From Paraspadella gotoi (lineage: Eukaryota > Animalia > Chaetognatha): a stretch of DNA of 9,706 nt. The stretch's first letter is position 1. Each line of letters starts with the position of its first letter. A program made the position numbers and the translations under genes. Positions 1-7,407 of the stretch are shown in pieces. The DNA is taken from positions 1-9,706 of the forward strand of contig JBJCIZ010000014.1 in the NCBI GenBank assembly GCA_051294375.1, in the 5' to 3' direction. The notes beneath the pieces are model-generated. The model was not told where the DNA came from, did no database searches, and was given only the letters and a program-made list of their open reading frames with translations.

Positions 1-2
1 AC

Positions 3-1931
3 GAAGATGACGAAGACGACAAGCTTAATGCCACCGCTTCTTTTAAACATTCCAAACATAGACATAACATTCGAGGATGCAGAAATCGTTTGGAGTGGAA
101 AGACATGGCTCCGTCCAAAGTTCCTCCAGAGTTTGAAGTCGCCGAAGATGCCATGGAGGTCTGCGGCGATTACGGTACTGACGAAAGAAGCAAAAGGCAC
201 AAGGGAAGAGGCACGATGATTAAATCTAATAGTTACAGAGGCGCCACTGTTGGAATGTACGGTAACTCTTCAGCAGATCTATACTCGAGTAGACGAGTTT
301 CGGGCATTCCAAATATGGGCTGGGAATCAACGTTTAGAACCGAAATGTACTCGTGCTACCTTTCTGGCATCCCGTTTGTCTCTTCTATGGAGCCTTCAGT
401 GAAGTCTCGAAAAACAAGTAACTTCGACGCCGGATTGACTAAGAGCAGGCATGTTTCAAATTTCAATAACGTTTGTACCACCTTTAAAGAAAATGATAAT
501 TATCCAACAATCGAAACTTATGATAGCAGCAAATACACTAGTTCGGGAACTCAAGACGATAAGGGAAGCGGCCCTTCTGATGATTCTTTGAAACCTGACC
601 GAGTCGGGCGTCAGGTTCTTTCTAAAGTTGTTCATGAATATGTTGATGAAAATAATAAGAGAACTCCAAGCAGCCAGTGTTCTACTTTCAATCGTCATGA
701 AGACAAAAGCACTGCGAATGATCTTTCTGAAAAATCAGTCGATAGTGAGACGAGTATCAAGAGTCTATCTGAAAAAGCTAATGTAAAAAACGATGATATC
801 AAAAGCTATTTTAGCAGCAAAAATATTACTTTGGTTACACCTGGTGAAAGAAATGGCGCAAGTAAAGAATCAGCTGAACAGGTAAAAAGTATCTCAGACA
901 GCAGTCAAGCTCATTCTGAATATTTTAAAGTCAATATTGATGAAAATGTGACTACTCAAATCCAGAGTCGAAATGAAGACGTCCGGAATAATGTCGATTC
1001 GAAGTCGAGTGAATGCAATTCAAGTGGTAACGTTTTTGATATGCAAAATTTGGGTGATAATTACAGGAACTCCTGGACGAATTCTTCCAGTGGGATCAGC
1101 AGTCACGTTTCGATCAGTTCTTCCAGTTTTGATCCCTCGTCTCGGGGCAAAAGTGATTCCGTGAATGTCACTGGAAATTTCTCTGCCAATATCGGCGACT
1201 ATACTGACCGTGGCGAACTTAGTCGTATTTCAGTTGCATTCGCGAAAAGTAATCAGGCCAGCAGCACCGTTAACGGTTACCAAGATACACCAATCAATAA
1301 TCGTCATGATAATGCGATCTGCAATTACTCAAAATGCGACAATCCGACTTATTCCGACACTAAACAAGCCGACAAAGATGCCGGTGCAATTTCTAAAGCT
1401 TACAATGGCAATGGTCTTCCTGCAAATCGCCGGCTTCCCAGCAGCTCAAGTCGTTCGAACTTCAACTCTGAATGTGTCGCTTCTACTGACAGTAGTGACA
1501 TTGAAAAACGTTGGAGAGATGCGAGAAACGACTTTAACCTCGAGAAACGTGACAAAATAATTCCCGATGTTTCGGGAAAAAAATCCACAACCGGTGACCC
1601 TCACCCAGTTACTAATTATAATTCTACCAGATTTGGTCACAGTTATCATAACAGTTTTGGCCACAGTTATTCCCGCACTTTCTTACCTGATCGTAGACCT
1701 AATTCTGAAAGACTTAATCTCGGAATAATGGGGGATTCCAGAACCTCACCTTATTCATATGATTCCACTCATCGCCCACAAAGCAGTTATCAAAGCTCTT
1801 TTTACCGATCTACTGATATGAGAAGTTCCTTGCAATCGAGTTATAACATAAGAAGTAGTGGTTTTGACGAACTCATGAATAACTGCAGTGACCTACTTGG
1901 CCGAGTAAGGTTATTTCCTTATCGAAAATAA
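3..1931 (+). CDS. 5'-partial CDS (probably a large terminal exon) encoding a low-complexity Ser/Asn/Asp/Thr-rich, probably intrinsically disordered protein region; no recognisable domain
   Basis: Frame 3 is open from nt 3 (EDDEDDKLNATASFKH...) through the track's 90..1931 ORF to TAA at 1929-1931, giving 642 stop-free codons in AT-rich DNA. The TTG at 90 is unlikely to be the true start. An AT-rich UTR-like stretch and AATAAA follow. Confidence 0.8.
   Translation, partial: EDDEDDKLNATASFKHSKHRHNIRGCRNRLEWKDMAPSKVPPEFEVAEDAMEVCGDYGTDERSKRHKGRGTMIKSNSYRGATVGMYGNSSADLYSSRRVSGIPNMGWESTFRTEMYSCYLSGIPFVSSMEPSVKSRKTSNFDAGLTKSRHVSNFNNVCTTFKENDNYPTIETYDSSKYTSSGTQDDKGSGPSDDSLKPDRVGRQVLSKVVHEYVDENNKRTPSSQCSTFNRHEDKSTANDLSEKSVDSETSIKSLSEKANVKNDDIKSYFSSKNITLVTPGERNGASKESAEQVKSISDSSQAHSEYFKVNIDENVTTQIQSRNEDVRNNVDSKSSECNSSGNVFDMQNLGDNYRNSWTNSSSGISSHVSISSSSFDPSSRGKSDSVNVTGNFSANIGDYTDRGELSRISVAFAKSNQASSTVNGYQDTPINNRHDNAICNYSKCDNPTYSDTKQADKDAGAISKAYNGNGLPANRRLPSSSSRSNFNSECVASTDSSDIEKRWRDARNDFNLEKRDKIIPDVSGKKSTTGDPHPVTNYNSTRFGHSYHNSFGHSYSRTFLPDRRPNSERLNLGIMGDSRTSPYSYDSTHRPQSSYQSSFYRSTDMRSSLQSSYNIRSSGFDELMNNCSDLLGRVRLFPYRK
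1632..1670 (+). repeat. In-frame tandem duplication with 24-nt period (FGHSY-HNS-FGHSY)
   Basis: TTTGGTCACAGTTAT (1632-1646) and TTTGGCCACAGTTAT (1656-1670) differ by one synonymous base. Confidence 0.8.
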
Positions 1932-1977
1932 GTAACTTCAAATAATTATTTTTTTTAAGTTGCGCATGTTTGTAAAA

Positions 1978-1983
1978 AATAAA
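1978..1983 (+). promoter_or_regulatory. Putative polyadenylation signal of the upstream CDS
   Basis: AATAAA begins 47 nt after the stop codon and is followed by T-rich sequence (GTTCTTTTG). Confidence 0.55.
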
Positions 1984-2146
1984 GTTCTTTTGATTAGACG
2001 GAGCATTGTCAATTTTAATGAATCCTATTTATTTCGTCTTTTTCCCAACCAGTTATGTAGGGGTACATAATCATATATTATTGGCGAATAACAATGTGAT
2101 ACAGAGAATACATGTAGAACATGTAAGGTCATCAGACGAGACTAAA

Positions 2147-2195
2147 TAGAGAGAGCACGGCACAGATAAAGTAAGAGAGAGAGTGAGAGAGAGAG
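2147..2195. repeat. Interrupted (GA)n microsatellite
   Basis: AGAGAGAG...AGAGAGAGAGTGAGAGAGAGAG is visible directly. Confidence 0.85.
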
Positions 2196-2252
2196 TCAGT
2201 AACCGGCCTCCTTCGCGACCGCTAAACATAATGACCACCGAGGGTTGACCCC

Positions 2253-2277
2253 GTGGCTACGAAACTTTCGTAGCCAC
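2253..2277. repeat. Perfect inverted repeat/hairpin with 12-bp arms and a 1-nt spacer
   Basis: GTGGCTACGAAA-C-TTTCGTAGCCAC; the arms are exact reverse complements. Confidence 0.95.
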
Positions 2278-2511
2278 ACCTTTCACTAAAAACTAATATT
2301 ATATAATCATTATATTTTACCCCAAAAAACCTACGTTAAAAGAATAATTTTTGTTTTAATATTTTTTTAATCAGTGAACTGCTTATAACTATTCAAATAA
2401 ATGTAGTATTTAATGTGTGTCATTTTTCCAACGTTACTCCGCTCTCAATTTAGGATAAGATTAGGTCAGACTACCTTTATACACAGGATAAAGGTTTACA
2501 GAATATCGTTT

Positions 2512-3360
2512 AATAGGTTTTATTCATTGGACGGGCCGGAGAGGCCATGGGTCGCAGTAATACAAAAAATCACATCAATACAAATAATCACAGTACAAAA
2601 CAGAATAGTACAGATTCAACTTCTCCAACTGTCAATATAAGGCAAATTTCAGAAAGGATATTAATTCAATATGTCCAAATTGTCCATGCGTAATGATACC
2701 TACACAGTGAGCAAACAGAATTAGCTTTTACTTATCATCCAATAATACATCAATCTTTTCCCTTGTGAATTCGAAGATAAATGGTAACCTCCATATATAT
2801 AATACCATAATGTGTTTCAATCCTTACAAAAAAACTCTTAAATTGTCTCAGCTAAATACTCGATTGGACAAATCGCTCTATTGTTACTACGATAGTTATT
2901 CATATCACCGATATACTTCTGTAATAGGGGCGTATTATCCATTAATTTGCCCATTTGTATTTTTGCCCTTTTTCTAATTCTAATTCGTAATGGTTCTAGA
3001 CCGACTAAGTCTAAGGCTAATTCATTATCACTCGCTCTAGGGATACAAAGAATACTTTTCAAAAAACGATATCCAATAATTTCAAGTTTTTTCAAAGAGC
3101 TTTGGACATGATACAATAACAAGACATACTATATTCTAGCATCGACATCACAAACGTAGAATAAAGGTTTAATATTACATCAGTATTTAAATTACGATAT
3201 TTAAATTTTAATTTACTGAGCACCCCACATCTCTGACGCATTTTAATTGCAATATTATCAATATGTTTTCCCCAATTCAGCCTCCCGTCAAAAGTAACCC
3301 CCCAAAATATTGCTTCTTTTAATATCAGTAAACCTTTAATCGATAGTTTTTGTTTTCGTT
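2512..3360 (-). mobile_element. 5'-truncated, frameshifted non-LTR retrotransposon (LINE) fragment: C-terminal end of RT/thumb plus probable 3' UTR
   Basis: The minus strand from ~3358 reads KQKLSIKGLLILKEAIFWGVTFDGRLNWGKHIDNIAIKMRQRCGVLSKL...VILNLYSTFVMSMLEY, matching the LINE pattern (Y/F)LGVxxDxxLxWxxHI...LYxxxVxSxLEY. After a frameshift at ~3095-3108 it continues in ORF 2838..3122 as SLKKLEIIGYRFLKSILCIPRASDNELALDLVGLEPLRIRIRKR, matching LxxLExxQxxxLRxIxxxP..xN......GxxPL..R. No YADD motif is present. Downstream are a T-rich tract, a small GGCC-TCTCC-GGCC stem-loop and AATAAA (2519-2524, minus). The 3' boundary is approximate. Confidence 0.88.
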
Positions 3361-3634
3361 AAATTCGGTAAAGATGGAGACAGACTTGTAACTCACTCTT
3401 GAGGCAATAAAACAAATGGCTTTTCCATAACGAATCGTAATTCCGAATCCTCAAATTTTGAGAGAGAGCGAAGGCTATACTTTTTGACTAACGTCTTTTC
3501 AATGAGACAGGATAAAAAGCGCCTAAAAAAATTACCTTTAACAAATTGTTTCGAAGGATAACATAAATAGTAAAGACAATCATGAATCCAGTGTTAAAGG
3601 TAATATTTTTTACATAAAGTTAAGATCATTCTAA

Positions 3635-3948
3635 GCGTTAGCCTTATTCATCCCTGCTTCTCAGTTAGTCGCGCACAACCTTGTTTCCGTCCTCTTTTTC
3701 GGTGTCATTTTGCCACAAGAGATTCACTATTTGACGCCCGACGAAGTCTCAGTTGATATCGATTACGATGACGAGCTGGAAGACGGAAAGACGACGCACG
3801 TTTGTTCGGACAGAACCCCGGGTAAGTGCCTTACTTCACATTACGCTTACGCTTTCTTTCCTTCCGTTTCAATTACATAAATACCACTTGTGATTAGGTT
3901 TATTATACAGTCACCGAAAAATCACCAGCCTCCCACACTTGTAAATAG
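3635..3948 (+). other. Possible orphan two-exon 3' end of a membrane protein gene (exons ~3635-3821 and 3911-3948)
   Basis: The open frame ALALFIPASQLVAHNLVSVLFFGVILPQEIHYLTPDEVSVDIDYDDELEDGKTTHVCSDRTP ends at a strong donor (G|GTAAGT, 3822). Splicing to the acceptor TACAG (3910) gives VTEKSPASHTCK* in frame. A hydrophobic segment is followed by an acidic tail. No convincing upstream exons were seen. Confidence 0.35.
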
Positions 3949-4061
3949 CCCGAAGGAACACCTCCGCGTCTTCGGGCAAATGGTTGCGAGGTATACCGTT
4001 TCTGTTAAATTATTGGTTAGTAACACAACTATTTAAAGTAGTTTAAACCTTATTATTACCG

Positions 4062-4990
4062 CTAGGGTTCCTCGGCGCCGGCAGAGAACGTACGGGCCAG
4101 ATTCCGAATTTGACCTTCTTGTTCGATCGTTGTTTTCGCCGGCGACGCCCGCCACGAGTTCTCCTCCTCGCCGTCGAAATCATTATTCTCATCCGTGTCC
4201 GAATCTTTTTGTTATTTGCGCAGCCGACGTGCACCCGAAAGGTGGCCGGTTTTTCTGTTCGTTGTTTACTTTGCGGATATGTATATCCAAACATTCATAC
4301 TGTGTGATAGAATCATGACGCGAAGTTCCGACGGTCCCCTCTTCTCGGTTTCGGGCACAACCGGCGATTCTATCGAAATCTCGATTCAAATATCCGGAGT
4401 GTGACAGAGAGCTCAGTCCTTAGCTTAACTCATAAATTGTTTATTTAATTCAGTAGTAATTAACGATTCTTCTCCGAGATCACTACCTGACCCTACAATC
4501 GGGGTGGAACGTCCCGTTACCTCCGTTACTTCAGACATCGTCTTTAAGGACATTCCGCTCAATCTCGGTGGTCAAAGTCACGGCTTATGTGAACGACAGA
4601 GGTCGCCTTCCGAAAGAGCTCTTGGTTGGATTTCTGAGCGGCCTTCTTAAGTGAAAGAATCGTTCAGGCGATTTTCACTACCTTGATCTTTTTGATTGCA
4701 GTAATGGACACTGAAGGAACCGGTCAAGGAACATGTGGGCTTTCCAATCAATCACACAGGTTGCATTGCAATCATTTTGAATAAAGTATTTGTAATTATG
4801 TTATACCTGGTACTATTTCGTAATCAACATTCTGTAACTTCTTACCAGGTCGCACAACGAACACTGGATATTTCTTGAACCACAGAAATCCGGCCAAAGC
4901 CGCGGTGATGGTGCCTTCTTTGCCGACAAAATGAGTACGGCCCTTCGGCGAGCAACATCCGGGTGTCGGACATTGAATGCGTCGCGACAA
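4062..4990 (-). pseudogene. Decayed multi-exon C2HC (CCHHC; MYT1/ST18/L3MBTL-type) zinc-finger gene fragment
   Basis: Relics of the consensus CPTPGCDGxGHxxGxxxxHRSLSGCP, allowing frameshifts (marked /): 4883-4972 CPTPGCCSPKGRTHFVGK/HHR/ALAGFL; 4713-4773 DCNATCVIDWKAHM/SLTGS; 4547-4594 VHISRDFDHR/LSG/CP; 4351-4406 CHTP/LNRDFDRIAGCAR; and weaker 4217-4250 TGHLSG/VGCA. Donor-like sites lie at 4845 (GTAAGA), 4681 and 4486 (both AG|GTAGTG), with an acceptor TTTAG at 4991. An acidic stretch DSDTDENNDFDGEEENSW follows. Confidence 0.65.
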
Positions 4991-5199
4991 CTAAAGACGA
5001 ATATAACGAAACGTCATCAAGCCAATCTTTGTCGAAGTCGTCGCTAATTCGTCTTCAATGTCTTCCTCTCTAAAGCGGAGCACTCCCTCTTAACTTTACC
5101 ATGACCGTGCCAAACACAGATAACGAATTCCACAACGCCTTCAAGAATTAGTAACGCCACGCGCGGCGCCCTCCACGCTGTCCGCTTCTCCTTTATCCA

Positions 5200-5310
5200 C
5201 GCCCTGGCGGGCTTTTGCGTGCGCGGCCAATAGAATCTGCATCGAGCGCGCGCCTCGTTTGCGACGGGAAGGATGATTGCTTGGACGGTGGTACGGACGA
5301 GAAAGGTTGT
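5200..5310 (+). pseudogene. Frameshifted LDL-receptor class A (LDLa) repeat exon
   Basis: FACAANRICIERA/(+1 nt)/LVCDGKDDCLDGGTDEKGC matches FxCxxxxCIxxxxxCDGxxDCxDxSDExxC. The first Cys appears lost (CGC CCT GGC GGG). It is followed by a Thr-rich (ACG)n stalk-like stretch and further stops and shifts. Confidence 0.85.
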
Positions 5311-5778
5311 CTGCCAGAGACGACGACGACGATCGGTCGACGACGACGTCGAAGGTCGAAGTAAAATTAAACCCCGAAGTCGTCGTCAAGACATTGAAGT
5401 CTGAAGAAAGTGAAACGAAAACTTACAGAGTGAAAGATTAATACGTAAAAAGAGATTGTAAAGATTTTAGTTATGATTGAAACAAAACGCTGGTGTAATG
5501 AGCTCCTACTAGAAAACAATGAAACCAACGAGCACTTTTTCTTCAGAGCGGCGATCAGCGAGACCAAAGACGGGGACGAATTTTGTGTCGTGGAAACAGA
5601 AAACGTTAACGATATCGATTCTTGAAGTGAGAGGGAGAGCGCCGAATGGTAGCTGGGAATTTATTAATTAAGTTGATGATAAAAAAATTAAAAGAATTAT
5701 AAGCATGGATCTCATTCCTTCACTTCCTTATTCCGCGTTTGAAATAACACATGAGCATGATTAACAATATTAAAGTTC

Positions 5779-5970
5779 ACAGTCCCTGAGCCTTCGGGTC
5801 AGACTGTCACAGGCGGGTTAAGCGCCCCCGTCCCTCTTACAAGCTAGGCGAGCCAACCGGGCTGTGAACACCCGGACCTTTGTTGGGAGGCGAGATGACT
5901 TGCCTCCTGCCACCAATGGCCGCTGATGAACCCCGGTTGGTGGATTACAGTCCACATAAAGCCTCATTCG
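5779..5970 (+). ncRNA. Candidate structured RNA element (multi-hairpin GC-rich island), family unknown
   Basis: Hairpin ACAGTC..CTGA..CC-TTCG-GG-TCA-GACTGT (5779-5807) with a C(UUCG)G loop; GGCG/CGCC hairpin (5812-5826); long rod closed by CCAACCGGG/CCCGGTTGG (5853-5940) with inner stems TGTTGG/CCAATG and GGAGGCGAG-ATGA-CTTGCCTCC; small hairpin GTGGAT-TACA-GTCCAC (5940-5955). Confidence 0.45.
5851..5920 (-). pseudogene. Degenerate tRNA-Gly(CCC)-derived sequence (tRNA pseudogene or SINE head)
   Basis: The minus strand reads CATTGGTGG-N14-TCTCGCCTCCCA-N8-CCGGGTGTTCACAGCCCGG. Eukaryotic tRNA-Gly(CCC), from memory, reads GCATTGGTGG-N14-TCTCGCCTCCCA-N10-CCGGGTTCAATTCCCGG: same blocks, same total span. 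The cloverleaf cannot form because the D-arm, 3' anticodon strand and 3' acceptor strand are changed. The B-box is imperfect (GTTCACAGC). Confidence 0.6.
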
Positions 5971-6016
5971 GTTACTAAACTATCCAAAACTATTTCATGC
6001 TGTCTTTTGAAATAGA

Positions 6017-6301
6017 CGATCTCTCACGATCCCAACGACAAACAACCCGATAATCCTACCCTCGCGCGATTGGACACCCGACTTCCTCTGGATCGTAGCC
6101 TCGCCGCAGTATCCGTCGTCGTCTGCAGCCGGCGTCGTTCTTTCCGCCGTCGCCTGGAGATGGCGCCCGACAAGAGCACGCAGTCTCTCCGGATGTCGTA
6201 CGACGTGCACCGCGACGGGGGAGGAGGGGCGTGGGGGGGGGGGGTGGCGCCGGCTACCGCGGGGGACATGACAGAGTCGATGGCGACTTGAGGTCGACGA
6301 A
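6017..6301 (+). pseudogene. Decayed exon with a transmembrane-like segment and a Gly-rich tail
   Basis: Bounded by AATAG| and |GTAAGC. With two compensating frameshifts, 6083-6166 reads FLWIVA/LAAVSVVV/AAGVVLSAVAWRWR (hydrophobic run plus basic stop-transfer residues). GRGGGGGAGYRGG occurs later. Confidence 0.4.
6217..6265 (+). other. G-rich tract with G-quadruplex potential
   Basis: G runs of 5, 4, 12 and 5 nt at 6217-6221, 6226-6229, 6233-6244 and 6261-6265. Confidence 0.6.
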
Positions 6302-6807
6302 GTAAGCTTCGCGAGTTCGACGTGGCTATGATTTTTTTGTTCATTACTGTTTAACATTTTTTTTCATGCAATTATATAAATTCCGGAGGAGATCCAGGAG
6401 GACAATTTTTGGCGAATTACGAGATCGAGCAACTCTTTGGTGCGCAAATCAGCAGCCATTTCGAACCACGTCAGTTCTCGTTTTGAACCATGTCAAAAAA
6501 ACATGACACAGATTAAGGGTTAATTGACGGCTTTACGATCCATTTTTACGACAGACAAAATATAGGGTGTTAATTAACGAAAAAGAAGAGGACGCTCAAA
6601 ACGACGAAATGGTCGGTAATGACGAACGCCTTCCAGAAAAATAGAACTTATATTGAAAAAACGGTCGGATATTGTTGGAATAAGTCCCTCTTTAGAATGC
6701 GCTCGATTTGTGTTTCACATTGGATTTTTTTTTTTCAGTGCAACAAGATTTTACTTTTGTGGAAGAAGGAGCCTACACAAGTTGTTTTCTTGATAATGGT
6801 GAAGTGA

Positions 6808-6910
6808 TTAAATAACAGATTCAAATATATTATACATATAATATAGTAATAATAATATAATAAATAATAAACATAGAATACTAAAATATTATTATGAATG
6901 AATTATTTCT
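6808..6910. repeat. Very AT-rich low-complexity tract
   Basis: Almost pure A/T (AATATATTATACATATAATATAGTAATAATAATATATAATAAATAATAA...). Confidence 0.75.
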
Positions 6911-7019
6911 GTTTCAATTTCGTAATACGGTTGTTTTGTCAGAATTCATTGCTTCAACAAAGCAAAACGATATGAATTTCAATCAAACCTAATCCAAAGA
7001 TTTAGCTTACGACTTGCAG

Positions 7020-7400
7020 AAAGGGCGAAAAATGTATAGACGAAAGTAAATACCGTTGCAAGTGATAACGAAAAACAAATATCACGAGCTGGATATCCAA
7101 CAATCTAAAGATCGGTGATGTGTCACTTGAAGACAGACTAGTTTGCAAACAAAGAACGAAGATGGCGAAGTAGACGATGTCGAAATCGAGGGAATATAAT
7201 TGGAATCCAAATGGAAACATCGAGGCAAGTAGAACGATGATGAAAACATCCCGAGCGAAAACGTCAAAGACGAGAACGTCCATCGGGGAAAAGCTATTGA
7301 ACCGAAGAGGGCAGAAGTCGAGGTTTGAACGAAGATCCAAAATCTCATTATTAAATGAAGTCGAGGGAGTTCCGTAAAATTTTGAACTTGACAATGATTC
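7020..7400 (+). pseudogene. Decayed Glu/Asp/Lys-rich coding exon
   Basis: One frame reads TSLQTKNEDGEVDDVEIEGI*LESKWKHRGK*NDDENIPSENVKDENVHRGKAIEPKRAEVEV*TKIQNL, which is coding-like in composition but interrupted by TAA, TAG, TGA and frameshifts. The overlapping minus-strand ORFs look like its shadow. Confidence 0.5.
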
Positions 7401-7407
7401 TACGGTT

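Noticed and set aside
7-1664. Short ORFs overlapping the long CDS on both strands
   Set aside because: These are shadow frames of the main ORF with no independent support.
2200-2290. HDV-like ribozyme (GGCCTCCTTCGC)
   Set aside because: P1, P2 and P3 pairings could not be built.
3635-3735. Class C GPCR TM7 assignment for LVSVLFFGVILPQEIHYL
   Set aside because: Only a vague resemblance to LxxxFxPKxY, and no other TM exons were found.
5775-5860. Twister ribozyme on the minus strand (TTAACCCGCCTGTGA, GAGGG)
   Set aside because: The conserved P4 loop (GGTCCCAAGCCC-like) is absent in the required position, so the resemblance is only partial.
5853-5940. SECIS element, C/D snoRNA or hammerhead ribozyme, suggested by GTGA and CTGATGA
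   Set aside because: There is no clean helix II or apical AA for SECIS, no downstream box D CTGA with a terminal stem, and no GAAA core correctly placed for a hammerhead.
5779-5975. RNase MRP/P, SRP, U snRNA, 5S or telomerase RNA
   Set aside because: No diagnostic conserved boxes or telomeric template could be matched by eye.
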